Source: a bacterium
GTDB lineage: Bacteria > Hinthialibacterota > Hinthialibacteria > Hinthialibacterales > Hinthialibacteraceae
Direction of reading: 5' to 3'
Assembly (NCBI GenBank): GCA_963662285.2
Contig: CAXXMV010000006.1
Span: 928,001 to 992,000 of the forward strand
Length of the DNA stretch: 64,000 nucleotides
The position numbers and the translations under genes were made by a program. Numbering within the stretch: position 1 is the first letter of the stretch; each line of letters begins with the position of its first letter. A model generated the notes under the pieces. It had not been told where the DNA came from. It was given only the letters and a program-made list of their open reading frames with translations, and did no database searches. This document shows, in pieces, positions 47,969 to 57,590 of this stretch.

Positions 47969-49516
47969 TCAAATAATCCGCGCATATTCATCCAAGGATA
48001 GTTTCCATACTTTTTCGCCACAGAATCTTTCTCCTTCGGGGCAGATGGGTTTTTGGTGAGCCATTGATCTGAGGGTGCATGGGGGTAGGAGATATTGGCC
48101 TATTTTGGGATTTACTTTTGATATCTGTTTGGCTTCATCAAGCGAGGCATTCCATATCTCTTCCTGAGCGTTGTAGCATAGGCGCATGGCGTGTTTGTGG
48201 CGCAGGTTTAGCAGGTCGGATGATTCGGTGTAGCGTATCGAGACGGCGTTGGGCAGCAGGTATTGCGTGAATTGCTGATCGACGCCTAATGCACGCAATT
48301 GTTCGATGGCTTCCCAACTGCGGATCATGGCTGCCTTATATTGGCTGAGGGCGTCGTCATCCAACTTGATCAACTCAGGCGTTATGTAATCCGGTTGGTT
48401 GGTCAGGTGTCCGGCCAGAATGGGACGTGATGCGGGGGTCATGCGGTGGCGTTGATCCTGCGAATCAGCGGTATGGCTGATTTTACGGCGGAAGGTATAA
48501 GAAGGATGAAACAGGCAGCGCGATAGTTTTGCGATAGTGGTCAAATTGAGCGACTCGCCTAACAGGCGGTTGCGTCCGGGATCAAGAGCTAACGAGATGG
48601 CTTCCTCATCGGAGAGAGCGGCTTGCGGCAAACCCAGAGTCTCTCTGACCGAAGCGGCCAGGACTGTTTCGTTATTGGTTTTCCAATCGATCAATTTGGA
48701 TACCTTGCCATCAAGGCTTTGGTCGAATTCATCAATGAATGTTCTGGTATGATCATGGCCTTGGTGCAGGGAAGAGAACAATTCAACTTCGGGAATGGCG
48801 TCAGACTCAAGCGGTTCTTCCAGAATTACTTTGAACTTGGGTTCGGCTTCCAGCAGCAGGCGCACCATTTTGCCGATAACCAGTGATTGTTCCAGGGGCA
48901 GGTCATGTTGCTGGCAGAGGCGGTAATAGCGCAGCAGGGTTATGCCGCTAACGGTATGATATAAATATGCGAAAGTAGCCACCGGGAGCACGTATCGGGC
49001 GGTCTCCTGGGCTTTCTTCTTAACCTCATCCTGGAATTTCTTGGTATCTGTTGGACGTTGGGGGAACCTGTTGTGTAGTTCTCTTTGAACCAGGGGGGCT
49101 AACTTTTCGCATAGGGAGCGGTATTGATCCATCTGATAGGCCAGGGTGGAGTTATAAATCTCCAGGGCTTTGCCCTCTAAGGGAGGGATAACAGCGGCGC
49201 CCGGTTTTACTGCTACATAACGCTGGCTGACCTGCTCGGAATTATAGTATGGGTGGCTGTGCAGAAACGACCATAGAAAATGGCGCGAGACATTGTCAAT
49301 GCTGAACTGAAAATGCGCATGTTGCAAGGTCGTATGGTGTCCCGCTTTGTACAGGCTATTGGCGAGGAAATCCCATTTTTCGGTGATATCTTCTTCATGG
49401 ATAATGCCGCGCGATGAATAACAGGTGCGGGCCGTTGCCAGAAAGTTGTTGTATGCTCCATCAAACCGTTTGACAAGAGTTACTTGCGGCTCGTTGGATA
49501 GAAAAGTTTTATTCAT
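47969..49516 (-). CDS. thyX: FAD-dependent thymidylate synthase with tandem Thy1 domains
   Basis: GH.T.L.H, SQRYV, ARYVLP in domain 1; QDQRHR, QYLLPNA, R.C..AQ.EI in domain 2. Confidence 0.8.
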   Translation of the reverse strand: MNKTFLSNEPQVTLVKRFDGAYNNFLATARTCYSSRGIIHEEDITEKWDFLANSLYKAGHHTTLQHAHFQFSIDNVSRHFLWSFLHSHPYYNSEQVSQRYVAVKPGAAVIPPLEGKALEIYNSTLAYQMDQYRSLCEKLAPLVQRELHNRFPQRPTDTKKFQDEVKKKAQETARYVLPVATFAYLYHTVSGITLLRYYRLCQQHDLPLEQSLVIGKMVRLLLEAEPKFKVILEEPLESDAIPEVELFSSLHQGHDHTRTFIDEFDQSLDGKVSKLIDWKTNNETVLAASVRETLGLPQAALSDEEAISLALDPGRNRLLGESLNLTTIAKLSRCLFHPSYTFRRKISHTADSQDQRHRMTPASRPILAGHLTNQPDYITPELIKLDDDALSQYKAAMIRSWEAIEQLRALGVDQQFTQYLLPNAVSIRYTESSDLLNLRHKHAMRLCYNAQEEIWNASLDEAKQISKVNPKIGQYLLPPCTLRSMAHQKPICPEGERFCGEKVWKLSLDEYARII

Positions 49517-49675
49517 TCCTCAACCTTTGTATGCATTATTCAGTAGGACTATTCATATTTTGGCAGATTGATATGTTTGATCCTTTCCTCAAGTTTGGGG
49601 GAGTTAGAGGGGAGTTGAACAGTCAAAGCGCAACCCCCCTCTAACTCCCCCCAGGCTTGGGGGGAGAATTTTATA

Positions 49676-49945
49676 TCAATGCTTTGCATCGAGCATAGTT
49701 TTTCTTTGAGGATATAGATATCCACGCAGATCGTCTAGAGATGGTTTGGGATCAGTTTTAGACGATATCTGCTCTTGAGACGGTTTTTTCGTTTGATTCG
49801 GCGCTGTTTTCTTTACTGGAGTCGTTGAGCATGCCGATATAAATAACAATATTATCGCGCATAGAAAGTAATGCTTCGTTCGATTGATTAAATCCATCAT
49901 ATTTGTTCCTAAACCGCGCTTCCCAATCATTGTTGAAACGCTCAT
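49676..49945 (-). CDS. Small lipoprotein
   Basis: LFISAC lipobox followed by a low-complexity tail; real start probably downstream. Confidence 0.5.
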   Translation of the reverse strand: MSVSTMIGKRGLGTNMMDLINRTKHYFLCAIILLFISACSTTPVKKTAPNQTKKPSQEQISSKTDPKPSLDDLRGYLYPQRKTMLDAKH

Positions 49946-49963
49946 AATCTATTAATAATTTTA

Positions 49964-50614
49964 ATGTTGAAAGGAAAACCGAATATGTGTTTCAACCGTT
50001 TATGGTGGAGACTGTTTTCCGTTACTATTTTTTTTATATCTGTTGCGCCTTATTATAGTTATGCCGCAGTTGTTAATACTAATAAGGGCTCGATTTCCGG
50101 CCGGGTAATCGTCCGTGAAGCTCCAGACCGGCTGGTTGTTACTATCTTGACGCAAGATAAGCGTCTTTTCCAGTTTTACGCTAGAGATGTTCTATGTGTA
50201 ACGGCTGCAAAAAAAGTTTTAATTGGACATGCTGCTCCCATAGTCAGTGAACCGGATATTTCTTTAGCTACATCTTTTGTTCTCCCCAAAGGTATGGAGA
50301 TTATAATTATTGAAGAAAAAACAGTTAAGAACAATGAATCCGGCAAGAAAGAGGATTCATCTGATTCAAATACAAAAAGCTCATCGGCAAACGAAATTGA
50401 CCAAAAATGGGTCAAGGTCAGAGCATGGGGAAATGTTGAAGGATGGATTCTTAGCAATGTGTTAAGTGATAGCATCGTTTTTACTCCACAGGAACAGGCT
50501 ATCCCGCTGAAAAAAACAAATATTAAACAAGATACAGCCTCTTCTGATGATACTGAATCTGACGTTGCCGAAAGCGCTGTTTCTGCAACATATACTAACA
50601 CACTGGAAAAATAG
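49964..50614 (+). CDS. Exported SH3-like domain protein
   Basis: Signal peptide; KWVKVR..NVEGWI. Confidence 0.6.
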   Translation: MLKGKPNMCFNRLWWRLFSVTIFFISVAPYYSYAAVVNTNKGSISGRVIVREAPDRLVVTILTQDKRLFQFYARDVLCVTAAKKVLIGHAAPIVSEPDISLATSFVLPKGMEIIIIEEKTVKNNESGKKEDSSDSNTKSSSANEIDQKWVKVRAWGNVEGWILSNVLSDSIVFTPQEQAIPLKKTNIKQDTASSDDTESDVAESAVSATYTNTLEK

Positions 50615-50651
50615 GAGTTCAATCATTAATAATTCTACTTAGTATAATGCA

Positions 50652-50770
50652 ATATGCACAAGTTATCCACAGGTTGTACCAGATTGGATATAGTTCTATA
50701 GAACTTTTACTAAACTGTTTTAATAGGTTATTAATATTTTAATAACAAGTTATCCACAGCTTGTGGATAG
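50652..50770. promoter_or_regulatory. DnaA-box cluster (candidate oriC or datA-like site)
   Basis: TTATCCACA at 50663-50671 and 50750-50758; TGTGGATAG at 50762-50770; ATATGCACA at 50652-50660; AT-rich context. Confidence 0.6.
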
Positions 50771-50821
50771 TTTACAACTTTGAAAAAACTCAGATAATTA
50801 TAGGTTCAAGGGGAGCGCGAA

Positions 50822-51814
50822 ATGGATTATCGTAGATTTGGAAAATTGGATTGGAATGTTTCAGAGATTGGTTTTGGAGCATGGGCCATTGGTGGATGGT
50901 GGGGCGATCAGAGTGATGATGAATCGCTGCAAGCTCTTCATAAATATCTAGATAAGGGCGGTAACCTGATCGATACGGCGCAAGCCTATGGCGAGGGACG
51001 CAGTGAGCGTTTGATCGGTGAAGTGCTTAAAGAACGCAGCGAAAGAATCTATGTGGCAACCAAATTACCGCCCAAAGATGGAGTCTGGAGTCCACCATCC
51101 TGGACGCCGTATACCAATACTTTTCCGGTTGATTATATTACCGGAGGAGTTGAAACCAGTCTGAAAAATCTTAAGGTGGACTGCCTGGATATTTACCAAC
51201 TGCATACATGGTGTGAAACATGGAATACGGTTGATGAAATATTCGAGACTGCTGAGAGATTGAAAAAAGAAGGTAAAATCAAAGCCTTTGGCATCTCTAC
51301 TACTGAGAGTTATCCCGAATGCGTTATCGGGGCGGTAAAAACCGGCGTGATCGATTCAGTGCAATTGATCTTTAATCTGTTTGAACAACACCCCAGGGAG
51401 ACTTTGCTGCCTATTTGCCAGGAATATGATGTGGCGACGATTATACGGGTTCCTTTTGATGAAGGCGCTTTGACTGGAAAATATAAGGGAGATGAGAGTT
51501 TTCCGCAGGATGATTTCCGTTCAATTTACTTCCGTAAAGATAATCTAAAAGCGTCAGTGCAGCGGGTGGAGAAAATCCGGCAGTGGGCGGATCAAGCCTT
51601 GCCGGATATGGCAATGGCTGAATTGGCCTTGCGCTGGGTGCTGAGTCATGAAGACGTCAACACGGTGATTCCAGGCATCAGGAATATCCGGCAGGCTGAA
51701 TTGAATACCGCCCCATCGGACGGGAATAAACTTAACCAGGATCAGTTGAAGGCTTTGAAGCAATTCGCCTGGAGGCGCAATCCCTGGAGTGAAGACCTTC
51801 CTCTTTTGGGATGA
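50822..51814 (+). CDS. Aldo/keto reductase
   Basis: VSEIGFGAWAIGG, DTAQAYG.G.SE, YQLH, GKIKAFGIS, VIPG. Confidence 0.92.
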   Translation: MDYRRFGKLDWNVSEIGFGAWAIGGWWGDQSDDESLQALHKYLDKGGNLIDTAQAYGEGRSERLIGEVLKERSERIYVATKLPPKDGVWSPPSWTPYTNTFPVDYITGGVETSLKNLKVDCLDIYQLHTWCETWNTVDEIFETAERLKKEGKIKAFGISTTESYPECVIGAVKTGVIDSVQLIFNLFEQHPRETLLPICQEYDVATIIRVPFDEGALTGKYKGDESFPQDDFRSIYFRKDNLKASVQRVEKIRQWADQALPDMAMAELALRWVLSHEDVNTVIPGIRNIRQAELNTAPSDGNKLNQDQLKALKQFAWRRNPWSEDLPLLG

Positions 51815-51862
51815 TGCGTCTTAAAAGTATATGTAACGCCCTTACCCTAACCCTCTCCCGTG

Positions 51863-52213
51863 GGGCTGATCTTTACATATAAGTTTTGTTATTATTTATG
51901 GCTATTAAGAGATCAATACGGGTGCCAAGGGCAGTGTTCTTTCTGCCCTTGACGTTAACTATAGACTAACTGAAAACTATGATTATTTATTTTTTTATAG
52001 AATTATTAACATATGGCTCCTACTGCTAAAACTTTAAAGTTAATAATTTTTCTGTTTATCGGGTGGAACAGTGATCAAATTATCGAAAAATAAGAGGTGA
52101 ACTAAATCAAGGGCAGGAAATACACTGCCCTTGGCACCCTATATTGTTCTATATTCAGCCAATAGTATTTCTCATAATCTCCCATCTTGATATTTGTGGG
52201 TAAAGATCAGCCC
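51863..52213. mobile_element. MITE with GGGCTGATCTTTAC TIRs carrying a family-C REP pair
   Basis: Perfect 14-bp TIR; inserted as CCCTCTCCC-GTG|element|GAG-GGGAGAGG. Confidence 0.85.
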
Positions 52214-52265
52214 GAGGGGAGAGGAGACTGGTTTTTATTATTGATCAGAAAGCAATTATTAATTT

Positions 52266-53501
52266 ATGAATCGTTCAAGCCGAATCGCCATAATATTTTT
52301 TCTTGCGCCCATTATTGCGGCTTTGCTCTATACATGGTATTACCGGCAGAGCCGCATATCGTTGATGGAACGACTGGTGGATTCCGGAGTGATCGCCATT
52401 TTCAATGGCGGCATCATCACGCGGGATGATCTGCGCGACTATTTTCAATATCCTCCTATTCAAGAAAATTCCATTATCCGCTCTTTAGAACTTAATCCAG
52501 ACGAAGTTAAGGATATTGGCCTACACGAAAAAGACCGGGAACTTTTTCAGGAACAAGCTGGACAACTTTTGTTGAATCAAGTCATCAAGCATCTGGCTTT
52601 GATTAAATACCTGGTTCCCAAATGTGATGCAGAATCACAAAAGAGTTTGGAAGGCGAAATAAAAAATTATCGTGAAACTTTGATGTTAGCCGATATGGAA
52701 ATTGATCTGGCCCGAATTTCTCCAGTTGTGACGCAGGAAGAATTACTGTCGTATTATATTGAACATCCTGTTGAATTTCACCGGACAGGCAAGCGTTACG
52801 CCCGGCATATTATGTTATATAAAAACAACGAGCCGACCAATGAAGACAATCCATTTTCGGTTACACCGCAACAAATATGGACCCGGTTGCAGAGTGGAGA
52901 GGATTTTCATGCACTTATTATCGAAACGCGTTCTGATAACTCAACTAATGAAGGAATGCTGGGTTGGCTGCCGAGAGGTACGTTGCATCACTCGTTTGAA
53001 AAAGCCCTATGGGCGCTTGAAATTGGTGAAGTGACCGGGCCGATTTATGTGGATTCGACGGTGCATTTTATTCAGTTGTTAGATGAACAACCGGATGGTC
53101 TGATTTCTTTTGAAGAATGCAGTTCACGCATCAGATCAATAATTAAAGATAAGAAGCGTGTGCAGCATAGATATAAGCTCTTGGGATTTGATCCGGATAC
53201 TTTCTCTGAAGGCAGCGAACTGACTGATGAATACCGCCAGAGACTGCTGGAAGCGGCTTATGCCCGTGGGTGGGATAAGAATATGGATATCGTTCGTAAA
53301 ACCAATGCTTTTAACCGGTATGCTATCGCCAATTATATGTTTAAAGAGACAATGCAACAACATCGGACAAATCAATATTCAACCCAGAACGATGATTCGT
53401 CATGGATCTTAGAAAACAAAACCGCGCTTCGTTTGCTGGAAGATATGGATTTCCGTCTTCTAATTAAACTTGATCTTCCCAACGAGGAAGTTTTAAATTA
53501 G
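52266..53501 (+). CDS. Membrane-anchored parvulin-type peptidyl-prolyl isomerase
   Basis: ARHIML, GEDF, EGMLGW..RG, FEKA..AL..GEV.GPI....HFIQL. Confidence 0.8.
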   Translation: MNRSSRIAIIFFLAPIIAALLYTWYYRQSRISLMERLVDSGVIAIFNGGIITRDDLRDYFQYPPIQENSIIRSLELNPDEVKDIGLHEKDRELFQEQAGQLLLNQVIKHLALIKYLVPKCDAESQKSLEGEIKNYRETLMLADMEIDLARISPVVTQEELLSYYIEHPVEFHRTGKRYARHIMLYKNNEPTNEDNPFSVTPQQIWTRLQSGEDFHALIIETRSDNSTNEGMLGWLPRGTLHHSFEKALWALEIGEVTGPIYVDSTVHFIQLLDEQPDGLISFEECSSRIRSIIKDKKRVQHRYKLLGFDPDTFSEGSELTDEYRQRLLEAAYARGWDKNMDIVRKTNAFNRYAIANYMFKETMQQHRTNQYSTQNDDSSWILENKTALRLLEDMDFRLLIKLDLPNEEVLN

Positions 53502-53532
53502 GTGATTCGCAGAAATAACAATCAAACCAATA

Positions 53533-54687
53533 TTATACTCCATCTCGAAACTGATTCTTGATTTGATGAAATGCATATTCGGATTCTAAAAAAGCGTCCA
53601 CGATATCGGGGGCGAAGTGTTTGTCTTTGCCTTCAGTAATTATTGCAGTACTTTTTTCATGTGAAAATGCTGGTTTGTAACATCGTCGAGTAGTGAGCGC
53701 ATCATAGACATCCGCTAAGGCGAGAATTCGCGCTGATAAAGGAATAGACTTATTTTCTTTGCCGTTGGGATATCCTGAGCCATCCCATTTTTCATGATGG
53801 CTTTCGGCGATTTCGATTCCTATACGGATAAAAAGATTGTCGGGGTGCTTCTGGTTGACTTTCCGCAACGTATTGGCGCCGACTGTGGTGTGTTTTTTCA
53901 TAGTTGAAAATTCTTCATCGGTGAGTTTGCCTTTTTTTTGAAGGACATTATCAGGTATTCCTATTTTCCCGATATCATGCAGTGGACTGGCAATATATAT
54001 ACTCTCGATGTATTGATCGGTTATTTCGGATTGATATTTTTTATCCATTTGAAGAATCTGGCAGAGTTGTTTGCAGTATTCCCTGATCCGTTCGAGATGA
54101 TCTCCCGTATCCGTATCTCTCGATTCAGCCAATTGTGACATGGCGAAAATGGTTCCCAGATGTGATTGAGATATCTCTTCGACTTGTTTTTTAACGCGAC
54201 GCTCCAGGATTTCGTTGAAATCGGTAACTAAATCATAGTATTTTTCTAATCGATTGTGAGTTTGTCTCATTTCTATTGAGGCCTGTATTCTTGCTTGCAG
54301 CAGAATACGGTCGAATGGTTTTACTAGATAATCTTTAGCGCCGATGCGGATGCAGGCGGCGATGCTTTCTAACTTTTCTACGCTGGATATGACGATTACC
54401 GGCAATTCATCCAGTAAACCTTTGGATTTAAGAACCTTTAGCACCTGGAAACCATTCATTTCAGGCATCATTAAATCAAGCAGGATCATATCAGGTTTAT
54501 CATTGTCGACATGTTTAAGCACATCATTGCCATTGCTGACAGTGGTTGGAATATGTCCGAGAGAGACGACTACATCTTTAAGCAGTTCTTGATTAATGAG
54601 ATTATCGTCGGCTATCAAAATGGACGCCGGTTCAATTTTTTTTGACCGGAAAATGGATGGATTATGGGAAGCATTTTGCGTGGGCAT
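53533..54687 (-). CDS. Response regulator with HD-GYP phosphodiesterase domain
   Basis: ILIADD, DLMMP, KPF; HDIGKIGIPD, HHEKWDGSGYP, ADVYDAL. Confidence 0.93.
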   Translation of the reverse strand: MPTQNASHNPSIFRSKKIEPASILIADDNLINQELLKDVVVSLGHIPTTVSNGNDVLKHVDNDKPDMILLDLMMPEMNGFQVLKVLKSKGLLDELPVIVISSVEKLESIAACIRIGAKDYLVKPFDRILLQARIQASIEMRQTHNRLEKYYDLVTDFNEILERRVKKQVEEISQSHLGTIFAMSQLAESRDTDTGDHLERIREYCKQLCQILQMDKKYQSEITDQYIESIYIASPLHDIGKIGIPDNVLQKKGKLTDEEFSTMKKHTTVGANTLRKVNQKHPDNLFIRIGIEIAESHHEKWDGSGYPNGKENKSIPLSARILALADVYDALTTRRCYKPAFSHEKSTAIITEGKDKHFAPDIVDAFLESEYAFHQIKNQFRDGV

Positions 54688-54929
54688 ATTATTATATTAT
54701 ATATCACTACAGAATAATAATCCGTTAGTAAATGATCTATGATGAACTATCCGTCCTGGCGGAGCAATTATCCATCATATTCAATATAATCAATTATAAT
54801 TGTATTTCCTTAAAGAACCAGACTATATATAAAAAACATGCTATCGTATGGCGAATTTATCAGAAGGGATATTTAATAAGCCCTGCGCCGCGCAAGCGGA
54901 AAAAAACATTAAAGGACAAATCATAATAA

Positions 54930-55505
54930 ATGATCAAGCGCCTGAAACAAATATTATCTTCATTGAATGGTTGGCATTTTCTGCCTGGACCGGTCACAGT
55001 ATTGCTGATTGTCTTCGCCGACGCCGTCGGATGGGATTTTTTACTTTCGAAATCCTTTCATGAATATTTAGCGCTGCTATTGACCGGAATTGCGGTTTTG
55101 CTTTGTATTGCGCATTATAAAATCCATGGCGGTTATTTATTTATCATTCTTACGTTTTTTACGGTTAACCTGTTTTGCCGGGAGATTCACTTCTCTGGTA
55201 CGGATATCACCATATATCTCGCCCTGTTTATAACGCCGGTCTGGGCCTGGTTGTGGTTGGATCGTATAGGGGAAGTTTTTGAAGATAAGCCCTTCTTGTC
55301 GATTTTTACGGCGACGTTATTCACCTACTTCTTATCCCAGTTAATCGCCCGTCGCGTGTTCCGGGGAATCCCCGGTGAGGACATCCTGCATGTTCCTTTG
55401 GAGGAAGCCGTAGAGACAACCGCCCATATCTTGTTGATTATTTCTTATTCAATCGCCTCATGGAAACTCTCCACAAATGGTGCCAATAAAGAAATAGAAA
55501 ATTGA
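54930..55505 (+). CDS. Membrane protein, hypothetical
   Basis: Several TM segments; REIHF and EE..E motifs. Confidence 0.65.
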   Translation: MIKRLKQILSSLNGWHFLPGPVTVLLIVFADAVGWDFLLSKSFHEYLALLLTGIAVLLCIAHYKIHGGYLFIILTFFTVNLFCREIHFSGTDITIYLALFITPVWAWLWLDRIGEVFEDKPFLSIFTATLFTYFLSQLIARRVFRGIPGEDILHVPLEEAVETTAHILLIISYSIASWKLSTNGANKEIEN

Positions 55506-55579
55506 CAGGCTCTAATTACCAGTTCCCAAAGATAATCTAAAAATAATCATTTTTCAAAATGAACCTGATTTTTACTCAA

Positions 55580-55627
55580 GTGGTTTGATCAAGGTCTGAC
55601 CGGAATGCGGTCTTGCCCTTGCAACCC
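55580..55627 (+). repeat. Isolated family-C hairpin repeat
   Basis: GTGGTTTGATCAAGGTCTGACCGGAATGCGGTCTTGCCCTTGCAACCC matches 28746-28793. Confidence 0.75.
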
Positions 55628-55664
55628 ACCTAACCTTTTAAACAATCTAATAAAAAAGGCAAAT

Positions 55665-55697
55665 AAAAAAAAGGGCGGAATCCGAAGACTCCGCCCT
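55665..55697 (-). terminator. Intrinsic terminator of the putative S-layer gene
   Basis: A-run-GGGCGGA...TCCGCCC. Confidence 0.8.
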
Positions 55698-55721
55698 GGT
55701 ACTCTAAATAATCAGGTTGAA

Positions 55722-57284
55722 TTATAGACCAAGAAGACTTAGGTCGGCGAATTCAGCCTTGTCGTCAACAACGCGTACGCAAATGTCGTCGACTAGTGCG
55801 TCTAGACCTGGAGCAGCTTGGACAACCAAGTAAGCTGTAGTCGCAACGCTAGGTGTAGCAACGCAAACAACTTTTTGCCAATCAGCGCCAAGAGTCAGGA
55901 AAGTGTTAGAGTTCAATGTAGAACCATTGGTAAGTGCAAGAGCAAAAACGCTTTCACCGGCAGCAGCTTTGGCATAGCATTCTGCAACAGCAGAACCTGC
56001 TTCTAGATTAACGACCATCAATGCATTTGATAGACCAGCAGCTCCAGCAAGTTTCATGCAGCCAGCGCCAGCAGCGGCAAAGTTATTGTCGCCATCAGCA
56101 ACAGGAGCGGAACCATCCAACGGAGCCCAGCCATCAATGCTGGCTAGATCGCTTGCAAATGCAGTCGCGTTCGGATTAAGTGCATAATCTACAACAGGAC
56201 CAGCGTTTACAACAGCGATGTTGGAGATAGTGACGCTAGAAGCGCCAGCAGCAGCAGCAACCTGGAAAGCAGGTACAACGGAACCTGTTTTGGTTACTAT
56301 CGAAGCTGATAAGCTTTTGGTTTTGCCTGTTGCCAGGTTTGGACCTGAAACATAAGCAAACGCCAAATTGTTAGGATCAACGCCGCCATCAAACAGAACA
56401 GCAGCAACAATCACATCAGCTGTAGCGTTGTAATCAAATGTCAAAGAAACAGTGTCTCCAGGATTGCCAATAGCAATTGGAGCGCCAAAAGCCAAGGAAC
56501 CTTGACCTGCAGCAACTGTAACCTTACCACCAGCAACTGTACCGCCAGCAAGCGTGCCAGCAGGAATAGCTGTGAAGCCAGCAGGATCAACTGCAACTGC
56601 TTGAGCAGCTAACAGATGAACGGCATCCATGCTGTCGCCTGAAGCTGCGCCCAATGTTACCAACCAAGCGCCTGAGAAGTCCGCATCAGCAGCAACGCTG
56701 TAGGAACCATCGGCGTTCAGAGTAGCATTTAGGCCGCCATCAGCAATAGCGCGGTCTACCATACGTAGGCCTGTGCCGCCAACTGCGATGTCAATCGAAG
56801 CGACTGTAGCAACCAGCGCAGCACCACCAGTGCCGCCGCCAGCTGTTCCATCGCCGCCGCCAGCAGGCAGACCACTCAGATTTACAACTGAGTTAGCCAC
56901 ACCACCAGGAACGAGAGCATTGTAAAATACATTGCCACCGTCTTGTCCGACGATACGATTGTTGTCATCTACTGCAGGACCGTTGCCAATAACGAATGCA
57001 CTCATTACAACTGTGCTTTCGACATCAACGCCGCCCGCAGAGAACGTAGCAGTACCAGCTGCATCCACGGTAGCTACACTACCTGAAACAGCAGCACCAA
57101 CAGCACTGTAGGTTAATTCACCTTCAGCGCTTGCGAAGAAGTCAGCCAAATCAAAGCTGACGCTTCCACCTGAGAGGACGATATCTGGTGTATCGTTAGC
57201 CTCTACTGTGGCAGAATGGACGGGCAAAGCCAACAATCCAAACGCCGCCAGGCAGACCATTGTGAGAACCGGCATTTTTCTCAT
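55722..57284 (-). CDS. Ala/Gly/Val-rich secreted protein, probable S-layer or major surface protein
   Basis: Signal peptide; strong GCT/GTT/GGT codon bias; own consensus promoter, long leader and terminator. Confidence 0.55.
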   Translation of the reverse strand: MRKMPVLTMVCLAAFGLLALPVHSATVEANDTPDIVLSGGSVSFDLADFFASAEGELTYSAVGAAVSGSVATVDAAGTATFSAGGVDVESTVVMSAFVIGNGPAVDDNNRIVGQDGGNVFYNALVPGGVANSVVNLSGLPAGGGDGTAGGGTGGAALVATVASIDIAVGGTGLRMVDRAIADGGLNATLNADGSYSVAADADFSGAWLVTLGAASGDSMDAVHLLAAQAVAVDPAGFTAIPAGTLAGGTVAGGKVTVAAGQGSLAFGAPIAIGNPGDTVSLTFDYNATADVIVAAVLFDGGVDPNNLAFAYVSGPNLATGKTKSLSASIVTKTGSVVPAFQVAAAAGASSVTISNIAVVNAGPVVDYALNPNATAFASDLASIDGWAPLDGSAPVADGDNNFAAAGAGCMKLAGAAGLSNALMVVNLEAGSAVAECYAKAAAGESVFALALTNGSTLNSNTFLTLGADWQKVVCVATPSVATTAYLVVQAAPGLDALVDDICVRVVDDKAEFADLSLLGL

Positions 57285-57477
57285 AAAATTTTTCCCCTTT
57301 CGTAGGGTTAAAGTTTATTCTTGGTGAAAATCACCAAGTTACAGAGGAGCAAATGAGTTAAATGTCGGTCACTCTCCTTTCTAATCCATGTTTGGAGTAC
57401 ATACAGGATCATTTACATCAAGTTTTATTTTGCGTTATATATACGCATACCCGCTCCAACGAGTTTCTTTAATCTAA

Positions 57478-57506
57478 ACTATAAGAAAATCATCCCATAT
57501 TGTCAA
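57478..57506 (-). promoter_or_regulatory. Near-consensus sigma70 promoter
   Basis: Minus strand TTGACA-17 bp-TATAGT; implies a 5'UTR of about 185 nt. Confidence 0.75.
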
Positions 57507-57590
57507 CCCTATTTTACGAATAATGCGCAGCAATATTTTGACTTAAGACTTGGCGAATTATACAAAGCAAAAGGCTAATATTTATCTTTA

